From a virus (Duplodnaviria; Heunggongvirae; Uroviricota; Caudoviricetes), in the IMG/VR virus record IMGVR_UViG_2923323785_000003: DNA of 14,772 nt; one strand, given 5' to 3'. Position numbers and translations under genes: made by a program. Of the stretch, positions 1 to 7,541 are shown in pieces. Position 1 is the stretch's first letter, and each line of letters begins with the position of its first letter. The notes under the pieces were generated by a model, which saw nothing but the letters and a program-made list of their open reading frames with translations, ran no database searches and was not told where the DNA came from.

Positions 1-19
1 CTACTTGATAAATATTAAA

Positions 20-1315
20 TTAATTTTTCATTGCTTCGTTATGGGGCATGGTTGGGGCAAACTCGCTTAACTGTGTATTTAACAAAGCTACCTGTGCATT
101 ATTGTTTTCAGACATCCATTTTCCGTATACCTGAAATACCATTTGCGCATCTGCATGGCCCATCTGGTTTGCTATAAATGCCGGGTTAGCACCAGCTGTC
201 AGCGACCAGCAGGCATAAGTATGTCTCGACTGATATGATTTTCGATGGCGGAGTCCGGCACGTTTTATCGCTGCGTCCCACATCTGCCTTATTGAGTCAA
301 CGGTAAAATGGTCACCATAATTTTTTACTCTCGCTGACACTTCAGGTTGAAAAACAAAGGTGCATTTTTGTTTTTCTGTTCTGCCATACTCTCTGAGGTG
401 AACATCAATGATATGCTCTTTGCTCAGTCTCGTTAATGTCATCTGACTCCGGAGAGCGTCGATTGCTGGCTTAATAAGATGAATGACCCGATTGGTTCCC
501 GCCTGTGTTTTTGGTACCGTGAAACGGTCTTTTGCTAAATTTCTCCTGATCATCATTGTTCCATTTTTCAGATCTATGTCCTCCCATCCAAGTGCACACA
601 GCTCACCAGGGCGAACGCCAGTATAAACAGAAACACACCATAAATTTTTTGCTTGCTGATTTCTGCACGCATCGATAAGACGGATAAATTCTTCCCGCGA
701 AAGAGGATCCGGAATGGTTCTTGATTCCTTTAATGGCGAGATCCCCTTAAACGGATTATCTGCCAGGTAACCGTTATCAACACCAAACTGGAACACGGCG
801 TTAAGATTTGTCATGTAATTATTTACAGTTACAGCCGATCTCCCTAGTTGTGTAACAATATAGTTACTTTTGGGGATCTGGTATCCAGTCAGTAGCTCTT
901 TACGAACCTCCAGTAATTTTTCTTTATTAATCGATGAGGCAAGATTTTTTTCACCGATTATGCTCAGGATATTTTTGATGACGGCACGGTATGTGTTGAG
1001 TGATGTTTTGGCGACTTCAGTTTCTTTCAGTGCCAGAAATTTTTCAGCCAGTTCTTTTATGGTTAAATCTTGTCGGGCCTCACCAAATTTTTCCAGATTG
1101 CGTGAGGAGGGAAACTGTTTTGCATAGTCGAAAACACCAGTTTTTATTGCGTAACAAACAGAGGAGCGTAGTTCACCTGCAACGCGCCTGTTTTTTGCTG
1201 TGTCAGGAACCCCCAGATTTTCCCTGACTCTTACGCCTTTATAAACAAACCAGATACGTAATTTCCCTCCATGGTTTTCCACGCCTGTCGGATATTTCAT
1301 TTCAACTTCTCTCAT
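20..1315 (-). CDS. int: Tyrosine-type phage integrase; probable true start at the second Met (coordinate 1300)
   Basis: 431-aa ORF. N-terminal KYPTGVE...RIWF motif like lambdoid prophage integrases; C-terminal region carries tyrosine-recombinase catalytic signatures (GVRPGEL Arg, SRHTYA His-x-x-Arg, VYGKW Tyr). Lies at the element end, next to an excisionase-like gene. Purine-rich stretch upstream of the Met at 1300. Confidence 0.9.
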   Translation of the reverse strand: MREVEMKYPTGVENHGGKLRIWFVYKGVRVRENLGVPDTAKNRRVAGELRSSVCYAIKTGVFDYAKQFPSSRNLEKFGEARQDLTIKELAEKFLALKETEVAKTSLNTYRAVIKNILSIIGEKNLASSINKEKLLEVRKELLTGYQIPKSNYIVTQLGRSAVTVNNYMTNLNAVFQFGVDNGYLADNPFKGISPLKESRTIPDPLSREEFIRLIDACRNQQAKNLWCVSVYTGVRPGELCALGWEDIDLKNGTMMIRRNLAKDRFTVPKTQAGTNRVIHLIKPAIDALRSQMTLTRLSKEHIIDVHLREYGRTEKQKCTFVFQPEVSARVKNYGDHFTVDSIRQMWDAAIKRAGLRHRKSYQSRHTYACWSLTAGANPAFIANQMGHADAQMVFQVYGKWMSENNNAQVALLNTQLSEFAPTMPHNEAMKN

Positions 1316-1334
1316 TAGTTAGTGTGGCTTTTAG

Positions 1335-1586
1335 TCAAGTAAGATGACGTCTTGGTCTCGCTGATGCCTGGCGCTCAATCCAGCGATCAATTTCTTCCAG
1401 GTTGTAAAAGCATGGACTGTTATCCCATGGCATACCGTCATGAGCGACATGCTTATATTCCCTTCCTTCCATAAACGATTTTTCCCGGGCCTTTTTTAAC
1501 GTACCTTTTTTTATTCCTTTCAGCGCAATTAACTGCTCTTCGGATACCCATTTGCCGGGAGAGACAATCATGATTACTTCGCTCAT
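1335..1586 (-). CDS. Excisionase-like small DNA-binding protein (Xis / YdaQ-type)
   Basis: 83-aa ORF directly upstream of int on the same strand; contains a GREY..H motif recalled from Rac/P22-type excisionases; position is canonical for xis. Start codon choice (1586 or 1571) is uncertain. Confidence 0.6.
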   Translation of the reverse strand: MSEVIMIVSPGKWVSEEQLIALKGIKKGTLKKAREKSFMEGREYKHVAHDGMPWDNSPCFYNLEEIDRWIERQASARPRRHLT

Positions 1587-1658
1587 CGATTTCTTTATCT
1601 CTTACATCAGACGAGCGCCGGTTGCAGAATACCAGTCACAACCGGCGACAGTTGAACA

Positions 1659-4136
1659 TTAAGAATCAGCCTGACTCGGGATCAGTTTTTGCCAGATAAC
1701 TGAAACGTATTTTGCCTGGTAACGGGCGTCATCAAGTGCATTATGGCGCTCACCTTCGAATGGAATAGCCGTTCTGGGATCGAAGTCTATGGCTTTCCCC
1801 AGCTCAACGATTGTGCGTACATCGCGATCGTTGTAGTAACGCCACGGGCAGGGGATCCCCTGCCGTTCGTATGAACGGCGCAAAATCGTGTTGTCGAAGT
1901 TGGCTCCATTTCCCCAGACCTGAACAAAAAATTCACCGGAGTTTTCGTCGATAAATTCCCGCAATTGTAACAGTGCATCATCTAACGGGATTTCATCGGT
2001 CATAATGGCAGATTGCGCTTCGCGTGATTGCTTAAGCCACCATTTAATGGTGTCCCGATCAATGACTCCGCCAGCAGTTTCCAGATCGATAGTCTTACTA
2101 AATTCCGGTCCCATATCTCCGGTTTGCGGATCGAAAAATATTGCACCTATTGAGATGATCGGGGCATCAGGATTTTTTCCCATGGTTTCAAGGTCGATCA
2201 TTAGATGGTCACACGTCCTGCTGGTGGATGTGATTTCGTGATGACCGTTCACCTTAATTGAGTGATCTGCCGTCTCGCCAGTTTCATTATCGCTATTGTG
2301 ATGCTGATTGCCGCCAGTGTTCTCCTTGTGTGGATGTTCAGCGCCTTCCATTTCCTCCGGATCATCTTCCTGAACTTCAACCTGATACTCTTCATCGAAT
2401 GTTTCTTGGTATGTTGCGTCGCCCATCACCGCGCCACAATCAGGGCAGTTGCCGCCGCCGGTCTGACCGCAGGCGGTGCAGACTTTTTCCACTTCCTGTT
2501 GCGCCACTGGTTCAGGCTGTTTCGTTTCTGGCTCGTTTTGTAACGCATTTGGGCTGTTTTGTTCCGCTTTTTGGTAGTTCCGTTCCGATTCATGCTGGTT
2601 CTGGTTCACAGAATCGCGGGTCTGGATCCCCTTAACCCATTTCGGATCATTCGGGTCACTAATCCCTTCAACAAATTCACCACGTGATGCAGCAAGCAAC
2701 TTATCGGCGTCAGGCTGGCTGATATTGGCTGCCTGCATAATTTTGTTTACTTCGTCAGCGGTAACTTTTATCGGCTCTGGTTGTTCTGAATCTTCAGCGG
2801 TATCTACATTTTGCGGTAAGCCCGTGTATGTGCCATTTTTTCGGGCAAAATATTCTTCTTTTGTGATTTCAGTGGCGCCAGCAGCCAGTGCCTTATCCAG
2901 ACCAGAAAGTTTGTTTGCGCGACCGTATTTTTCTCCGTCCTTATCTGCGAAGAGGAAATAGAACGGCCCCTCACGCTCTACAGATGGTTCAGCTTCCGGC
3001 GCGGTTTCATTTTTTGGGATATCAGATACCTCAGTTTCCACTGCATCAGTTTGTGTTTCTGATGACTGGAGAACATCAACAGTGCCCAGGTCTGTTTCTT
3101 CATTCTCAAACACGCCCTTTGTCGTCAGGTATTCGCAGATATATTTGTTCAGTGCTACGGGATCTTTGTGAATGTCGATCGGACGCTCACGGACAAGGCC
3201 AAAAATAGTTTGGCGGTCGTAGCGAAGGGCATCAGGCTGTTTGCGCATTGATGCCGAGATACGCTTCCAGTCTTCGCGGTCGTTGTCGATAACTTCTTTT
3301 TTTGCCCAGCGATGGATGCTGCCGTCAATGTTTCCGGCATCCACATCACCAGGCCAGAGAGCGTAGGCCAGTTCGTCATCCAGTGTTTTCCATGTCTGCT
3401 TGTATTCGCGATGAATGGCAGCAATGACCGGGCTGATTTTTCCTGTTGAATTTTCAGTGTACTGTTGATTGGCTCTGGCTCTGGCGCGGGCGAGATCAAC
3501 AACAGACGTGTATTTTCCGGTTTCCTTGCGTTCACCTTCGCGACGTTTTTTCCAGATGCGCATCTCTGTCTGAATTTCGGGCCATTTAGCACCAGGAATA
3601 CATTTATGCTTAACCCACCCAATGGCGTGCAACTTAAGCTCCGGATACATGGCGTTAACTTCTGGCATTTTCATCAACGCTTCAACGATATGTCCGTCGA
3701 ATGTTGCCATGTCTTCCTGCAACAATTCCTGTGCGCTAATAACCATATCAACGGTGATGTTTTCACATGTGTCGAACTTAACCATGACAGCGTTCTGTAC
3801 TTCAGGGGCCAGCTTGTCAAAAGTGACGTTCATCGGATCGGATTCAGTCTCAACCGGGACAAAAGAAGCAGACTCCTCATCCCAGCGGTTTTCCTGCATA
3901 TATTCAGCATCCCATGAATCGAGGGCAGGGCGGGGTATGCCAGGTTTATCCTCGCAGATAATAAATTTATAAGCGCAGTCCTGAGCAGCCGGATAATGTT
4001 CCAGGAACTGCCAGTGAAATTTTGCTCGAGCACGGCGTTCGTCGCCAGCTTCAATGGCTGTGGCTACAGCCACCGCGCCTTCTCCCCTTGTTGCCAGTTC
4101 GTCAGGAATAGCGGCGCAAATAAAGACTTTACTCAT
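1659..4136 (-). CDS. Prophage exonuclease (RecE-like, often annotated exodeoxyribonuclease VIII) with C-terminal DEDDh (DnaQ-like) 3'-5' exonuclease domain
   Basis: 825-aa ORF. Last ~180 aa (nt ~1700-2210) carry DEDDh motifs: DLETMG (Exo I), NGANFD (Exo II), HNALDDARY (Exo III). Central Cys4 cluster CTAC...CPDC (nt ~2436-2480) followed by an acidic low-complexity linker. Segment LLAASRGEFVEGISDPNDPKWVKGIQTRD matches my recollection of Rac RecE. Lies between xis and the dicB-type operon. Confidence 0.85.
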   Translation of the reverse strand: MSKVFICAAIPDELATRGEGAVAVATAIEAGDERRARAKFHWQFLEHYPAAQDCAYKFIICEDKPGIPRPALDSWDAEYMQENRWDEESASFVPVETESDPMNVTFDKLAPEVQNAVMVKFDTCENITVDMVISAQELLQEDMATFDGHIVEALMKMPEVNAMYPELKLHAIGWVKHKCIPGAKWPEIQTEMRIWKKRREGERKETGKYTSVVDLARARARANQQYTENSTGKISPVIAAIHREYKQTWKTLDDELAYALWPGDVDAGNIDGSIHRWAKKEVIDNDREDWKRISASMRKQPDALRYDRQTIFGLVRERPIDIHKDPVALNKYICEYLTTKGVFENEETDLGTVDVLQSSETQTDAVETEVSDIPKNETAPEAEPSVEREGPFYFLFADKDGEKYGRANKLSGLDKALAAGATEITKEEYFARKNGTYTGLPQNVDTAEDSEQPEPIKVTADEVNKIMQAANISQPDADKLLAASRGEFVEGISDPNDPKWVKGIQTRDSVNQNQHESERNYQKAEQNSPNALQNEPETKQPEPVAQQEVEKVCTACGQTGGGNCPDCGAVMGDATYQETFDEEYQVEVQEDDPEEMEGAEHPHKENTGGNQHHNSDNETGETADHSIKVNGHHEITSTSRTCDHLMIDLETMGKNPDAPIISIGAIFFDPQTGDMGPEFSKTIDLETAGGVIDRDTIKWWLKQSREAQSAIMTDEIPLDDALLQLREFIDENSGEFFVQVWGNGANFDNTILRRSYERQGIPCPWRYYNDRDVRTIVELGKAIDFDPRTAIPFEGERHNALDDARYQAKYVSVIWQKLIPSQADS

Positions 4137-4229
4137 TTTGTTTGAACCTCATGACAGATTTAAGGATGAACAAATCCCTGCCATTGCTGGCATATAAGAA
4201 TGAAACCGGATATTTATTACGGAACTGTT

Positions 4230-4421
4230 TTAAAGACCTGCCGGGATTTCGATATTATCCTGGTGAATAACTTTATCGACCGGGTAACAGTTACCGGGAA
4301 TTTTCTGTTCGGTTGCTGCAGTCATACACTCCTGCATTGTCCTGTGAACACTGACTGCAATATCAACTGGCTCTCCGGAAACAAGAAAAACTGTCAGAAC
4401 AAGCGCAAATGCTGAATTCAT
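4230..4421 (-). CDS. ydfD: Small membrane protein, YdfD-like (63 aa; N-terminal hydrophobic helix)
   Basis: Internal Met of the 81-aa ORF with an AAGGA Shine-Dalgarno about 8 nt upstream. Its ATG overlaps the stop of the upstream gene (ATGA), suggesting translational coupling. N-terminus MNSAFALVLTVFLVSG is hydrophobic. Length and sequence match recalled Qin YdfD. Confidence 0.6.
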   Translation of the reverse strand: MNSAFALVLTVFLVSGEPVDIAVSVHRTMQECMTAATEQKIPGNCYPVDKVIHQDNIEIPAGL

Positions 4422-4606
4422 TGTGCACATCCTTTTGGCATCAGACGTAAACGAGCCAGCATTGAAACAATGCATATTTTATTTAATAGCTCCCGTTCTT
4501 GTTTTCTCTTGTTAATGGCATCTTCAGTAAATACAGGGTTACTGATAGTGACACCAATTTCAAAACAACCTTCAGACGTATTAACGTTTGGTAATAACGT
4601 TTTCAT
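4418..4606 (-). CDS. dicB: Cell-division inhibitor DicB (62 aa)
   Basis: Internal Met of the 97-aa ORF with a GAGGA Shine-Dalgarno 7 nt upstream. Sequence MKTLLPNVNTSEGCFEIGVTISNPVF... matches recalled E. coli DicB. Lies immediately downstream of the DicF sRNA, as in the Qin dicB operon. Confidence 0.75.
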   Translation of the reverse strand: MKTLLPNVNTSEGCFEIGVTISNPVFTEDAINKRKQERELLNKICIVSMLARLRLMPKGCAQ

Positions 4607-4780
4607 TATCGCGTCCTCAACAATGAATTTTGTGATGCAGTGCCTGGTGCCTCCAGGTGACGTTAACCAGTTAACAATTAACGCCGGATACAGAGAATCC
4701 ACCCATAACACTGTTTTTGGTTTTAACTGTTCCGCGTGCGCTTCGCCGCATTCACCGCATCACAAGATTCACTTTAAAAA

Positions 4781-4833
4781 CGGCGGCAGAGCAGTCACGG
4801 AGTAAAACTGATACCGCCAAACGTCACCAGAAA
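4781..4833 (-). ncRNA. dicF: DicF small regulatory RNA (ftsZ-targeting sRNA of the dicB operon)
   Basis: Reverse complement of 4781-4833 reads TTTCTGGTGACGTTTGGCGGTATCAGTTTTACTCCGTGACTGCTCTGCCGCCG followed by a T5 run, which matches my recollection of the 53-nt DicF sequence and its terminator. Sits just upstream of dicB on the same strand. Confidence 0.75.
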
Positions 4834-5092
4834 ATTGATAACAGAGGGCGTTGCAGCGGGGTTGTCACTTAAGCGTATGGTCAACCTGACAACTCGGTGT
4901 CCTCAACGGGGAAGGAATAACCCCGCCATACTTACCGCCGCGCCATTTCGCGGATTGCCACAACCGGAAGCGCACGGTCGAATTAAATTTACCGACACCG
5001 TACAGTTAGACGAATTTCGCCGTGCGCTTTCGTGTTGTGTGCCTGCTTTTAACCACGTCAGGCGAGGTGGTATCCTTAAAATCACCACAGTT

Positions 5093-5668
5093 TTAAGGAT
5101 TCATTAAGCAATGTCGCAACCACCAATAAATCCGCTTAAGAACATGAAAATTGATTACTGGTATAAAGAGCTTACAGTTGTTGGCGCTGCGTTGTTTGTC
5201 TTTAATGGAACGTCTTTTTTTGACAGATATCCCGTTGTTCCATTGGGTTTTTTGTCCTCCGGCATCTTTTTTATTGGTTTGGGGGAGTGGATTAATCACC
5301 CTCTCAAAGTGAGATTTATTGGTCCTGGGGTTTGGACTCGTGGATATAATCGTTCTTCGTGCGCACTCGGCATCATCTTCGACATACTTGGTTGTTTCCT
5401 GATTATTACAGGAGTCGTCAAGTTCTTCTGATGTAAAACCGCAAATGGGGCACGTAACGGGAATTTTGAAAAGCGTTTCTCCGGGTTCCAGAACAAAATT
5501 TTCTGCGGTCTGATTTTGCTTCTCATATTTGTGCTCCGCGTCATTGTGAGAGCACATTCTTATTCTGAGTGCCTGTTTAAACTCACTGAAGCTGAGAGCT
5601 TCTTCGCCTTCGGCAAGGCCTTCGAAGTATTCTTCGTAAGCCTTTTCCATGATTGTGTCGAAATCCAT
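5093..5668 (-). CDS. Acidic small protein with CxxC zinc-ribbon-like motif (YdfB-like N-terminus); C-terminal extent uncertain
   Basis: Start MDFDTIMEKAYEEYF at 5668 with a GGTGA Shine-Dalgarno-like sequence; one nt after the stop of the upstream gene. First ~85 aa look protein-like (acidic, CPICGF motif). The remaining ~105 aa are low-complexity and lie exactly antisense to a plus-strand membrane-like ORF, so they may be an antisense shadow. Confidence 0.45.
   Translation of the reverse strand: MDFDTIMEKAYEEYFEGLAEGEEALSFSEFKQALRIRMCSHNDAEHKYEKQNQTAENFVLEPGETLFKIPVTCPICGFTSEELDDSCNNQETTKYVEDDAECARRTIISTSPNPRTNKSHFERVINPLPQTNKKDAGGQKTQWNNGISVKKRRSIKDKQRSANNCKLFIPVINFHVLKRIYWWLRHCLMNP
5111..5431 (+). 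CDS. Putative small inner-membrane protein (3 predicted TM helices), encoded antisense within the leftward operon; alternative to the 3' half of the 5093-5668 ORF
   Basis: 106-aa ORF with three hydrophobic segments (LTVVGAALFVF, VVPLGFLSSGIFFIGLG, CALGIIFDILGCFLIITGVV). Weak ribosome-binding site. Position and opposite orientation resemble sieB in the Rac prophage. Confidence 0.3.
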   Translation: MSQPPINPLKNMKIDYWYKELTVVGAALFVFNGTSFFDRYPVVPLGFLSSGIFFIGLGEWINHPLKVRFIGPGVWTRGYNRSSCALGIIFDILGCFLIITGVVKFF

Positions 5669-5669
5669 A

Positions 5670-5825
5670 TCACTCACCTGAGTTTCTTTCCAGCCAGCGA
5701 CGGGCACCATTTTCGGTTTTAAACGTTTTGCTTTTGGTATACGTCATCGCGGTGAACGTGCCGTCCTGGTTGGGGAACACGCCACATACCAGAGATTCGC
5801 TGTTGCCAAGATCGATAGTATCCAT
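5670..5825 (-). CDS. ydfA: Small protein YdfA-like (51 aa), first gene of the leftward operon
   Basis: Internal Met of the 69-aa ORF with a GAGGT Shine-Dalgarno 5 nt upstream. The 51-aa length and position right downstream of the repressor gene match YdfA (Qin) and YdaF (Rac). Confidence 0.6.
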   Translation of the reverse strand: MDTIDLGNSESLVCGVFPNQDGTFTAMTYTKSKTFKTENGARRWLERNSGE

Positions 5826-5905
5826 GCTGACCTCATTTCCCCTTAACGCCGGGGTAGCGGAACTGTTTGCTGAGAACACCGTGCGGTGTCTTGATGGAAA
5901 TTAAT

Positions 5906-5955
5906 TTAGAATAATCTAACATGATAGGCAAGTGTTTTTTGTTAGGTTAGTCTAA
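5906..5955. promoter_or_regulatory. Left operator/promoter region: two TTAG-N6-CTAA inverted-repeat operator-like sites (5906-5919, 5942-5955) upstream of the leftward dicB-type operon
   Basis: Sequences TTAGaataatCTAAC and TTAGgttagtCTAAC, each a 4-bp inverted repeat with a 6-bp spacer, in the intergenic region between the repressor gene and ydfA-like. The same motif recurs twice in the dicA-dicC intergenic region. A candidate leftward sigma70 promoter (TTGCCT, 17 nt, TAAATT on the minus strand) overlaps site 1. Confidence 0.5.
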
Positions 5956-5993
5956 CAAAAAGAGTGAGCGCAACTAATCACTTGAAAAGAATG

Positions 5994-6401
5994 TTATTTT
6001 ATTGATTTATTTTTACGCGCTTTAAGCATTTCTTCGAAGAGTTTGTTGAAGTTTTCTACTCTTGCGCGCATTTCAGACAGCAAGGCTTCCTGCTCGGAAG
6101 ATGGAAGAGCATCGAATAATTCGATCAATTCTTTGTGGTTGGGAGTTAGCTCTGTTTCCACATGAAGTTCTTGTGCAGGCACTGGTGCCTTGTCTTCATC
6201 ACCAAACATTAGCCATGTAGGTGAGCACTTCAGAGCATCCGCTAAAGCAAACAATCGTTTTCCGACTGGCTGGGTTTCGTCTCTTTCCCATTGTGAAATT
6301 GTGACGTGAGCAACTCCAGCGAGGCGCGCAGCTTCTCGTTGTGTTAAGCGTAATTCTTTTCGTCGCGCCAGAACTCGCTGGCCTAGGGTTCTTGTATCCA
6401 T
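5994..6401 (-). CDS. dicA: DicA-like HTH (XRE-family) prophage repressor, cI analogue without a peptidase domain
   Basis: 135-aa ORF with an N-terminal helix-turn-helix (LTQREAARLAGVAHVTISQWERDE). C-terminal ...SPTWLMFGDEDK...ELIELFDALPSSEQ...EMRARVENFNKLFEEMLKAR closely matches recalled DicA, which is also 135 aa. Divergent from a DicC-like gene. Confidence 0.9.
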   Translation of the reverse strand: MDTRTLGQRVLARRKELRLTQREAARLAGVAHVTISQWERDETQPVGKRLFALADALKCSPTWLMFGDEDKAPVPAQELHVETELTPNHKELIELFDALPSSEQEALLSEMRARVENFNKLFEEMLKARKNKSIK

Positions 6402-6403
6402 AG

Positions 6404-6466
6404 TTAGGTAATTCTAATTTTTCTTGACTTAGGTATCCCGCGCACAATAATGTTAGAAAAGTCTAA
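6404..6466. promoter_or_regulatory. Right operator/promoter region between divergent dicA-like and dicC-like genes: two TTAG-N6-CTAA sites (6404-6417, 6453-6466) flanking a rightward sigma70 promoter (-35 TTGACT 6424-6429, -10 AATAAT 6446-6451)
   Basis: Same inverted-repeat motif as the left operators (TTAGgtaattCTAA, TTAGaaaagtCTAAC). Promoter hexamers are near consensus with a 16-nt spacer. DicC start at 6479 is preceded by GAGGGGG. Confidence 0.55.
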
Positions 6467-6478
6467 CAAGAGGGGGCT

Positions 6479-6709
6479 TTGATGCTTAAAGTTGACGCAA
6501 TTACTTTTTTTGGCAGCAAAACAAAGCTTGCCAATGCCGCAGGAGTGAGACTGGCAAGTGTTGCTGCTTGGGGGATACTGGTTCCTGAAGGTCGCGCGAT
6601 GCGTCTACAGGAGGCATCTGGCGGGGAGCTTCAGTATGATCCCAAAGTTTATGACGAATATCGTAAGACGAAGCGGACGGGGCGGTTGAACAATGAAAAT
6701 CACTCCTGA
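6479..6709 (+). CDS. dicC: DicC-like transcriptional regulator (Cro analogue)
   Basis: 76-aa ORF divergent from the repressor gene. Segment VPEGRAMRLQEASGGELQYDPKVYDEYRKTKR matches recalled DicC; same length as DicC. Confidence 0.8.
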   Translation: MMLKVDAITFFGSKTKLANAAGVRLASVAAWGILVPEGRAMRLQEASGGELQYDPKVYDEYRKTKRTGRLNNENHS

Positions 6710-6986
6710 ACAGGCTCGTGAGGCTCTGGATGCCTGGATATGTCGACCAGGAATGACACAGGAGCAGGCGACGATATTAATCACTGAAGCATTCTGGGCT
6801 TTGAAAGAGCGCCCGAACATCGATGTTCAGCGTGTCACATATGAAGGTGGCGCGGTTGATCAGCGAGCGCTTAGCGTTAATCGAGTGAAGATATTCGAAC
6901 GCTGGAAGGCTATCGACACCAGGGATAAGCGTGAAAAGTTCACAGCGCTAGTGCCTGCAATTATGGAGGCTACCGTCACTGGATAA
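6693..6986 (+). CDS. Hypothetical early-region protein (YdfX-like position)
   Basis: 97-aa ORF overlapping the dicC stop by 17 nt (operon-like), with protein-like composition. No recognised catalytic motif. Confidence 0.55.
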   Translation: MKITPEQAREALDAWICRPGMTQEQATILITEAFWALKERPNIDVQRVTYEGGAVDQRALSVNRVKIFERWKAIDTRDKREKFTALVPAIMEATVTG

Positions 6987-7061
6987 TCTCAGTCAGATTG
7001 CCTTACTCCGAACGCCCACCGCGTCCGTCCCGTACATTCCAGCAACGCATCTGGAGGTAAC

Positions 7062-7541
7062 GTGCGGGTATTACTTCGACCTGTTCTGGTACCGGAACTC
7101 GGGCTGGTGGTCGTTAAGCCGGGCCGTGAATCCATGCCGGTATTCCACAATACCCGGGTACTGGTGGAGCCGGAACCGAAAAGCATGCGTAATCTGCCGT
7201 CCGGGATCGTTCCTGCCGTTCGCCAGCCGCTGGTGGAAGACAAAACATTGCTGCCGTTTTTCAGTAATGCACGGGTAATTCGTGCTGCTGGTGGTGCTGG
7301 TGCATTGTCTGACTGGCTGTTGCGCCATATTAAATCCTGCCAGTGGCCACACGGCGATTATCATCACAGCGAAACCGTTATTCACCGTTATGGTACCGGC
7401 GCAATGGTGTTGTGCTGGCACTGCGACAACCAGCTGCGTGACCAGACATCCGAATCACTCGAGCAACTTGCTCATCAAAACCTGTCAGCATGGATGATTG
7501 ACGTCATCGGTCACGCAATAATCTTTCATGAAACGACCTAA
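7062..7541 (+). CDS. Hypothetical protein, possibly the C-terminal part of a DUF968/YdfU-like protein (GTG start)
   Basis: 159-aa ORF starting at a GTG with a GGAGG Shine-Dalgarno at 7054-7058. Preceded by a 75-bp non-coding gap where replication genes would be expected. Family assignment is tentative. Confidence 0.45.
   Translation: MRVLLRPVLVPELGLVVVKPGRESMPVFHNTRVLVEPEPKSMRNLPSGIVPAVRQPLVEDKTLLPFFSNARVIRAAGGAGALSDWLLRHIKSCQWPHGDYHHSETVIHRYGTGAMVLCWHCDNQLRDQTSESLEQLAHQNLSAWMIDVIGHAIIFHETT

Noticed and set aside
1-19. Prophage attachment site (attL) next to the integrase gene
   Set aside because: Only 19 nt lie beyond the integrase stop and the other prophage end is outside the window, so no direct repeat pair can be identified.
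1787-3972. Several ORFs of 64-155 aa on both strands inside the exonuclease gene (e.g. 2005-2241, 2258-2635, 2725-2961, 2888-3208, 3155-3622, 3465-3917, 3622-3972)
   Set aside because: All are embedded in, or antisense to, a long gene with clear domain signatures; their composition is Cys/Arg/Ser-rich or low-complexity and they lack ribosome-binding sites. They are shadow ORFs.
4835-5107. Plus-strand 90-aa ORF and minus-strand 61-aa ORF (4903-5088, GTG start) in the gap between the YdfB-like ORF and dicF
   Set aside because: This interval is the DicF precursor/leader region. Both translations are Arg/Pro/Cys-rich and not protein-like, and neither has a plausible ribosome-binding site.
6199-6820. 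ORFs overlapping the dicA/dicC region in other frames or antisense (6199-6447, 6605-6820)
   Set aside because: They overlap well-supported regulator genes and the operator/promoter region; no ribosome-binding sites.
7071-7497. ORFs overlapping the 159-aa ORF in other frames or antisense (6989-7243, 7071-7421, 7282-7497)
   Set aside because: They are embedded in a better-supported ORF that has a strong Shine-Dalgarno; their composition is not protein-like.
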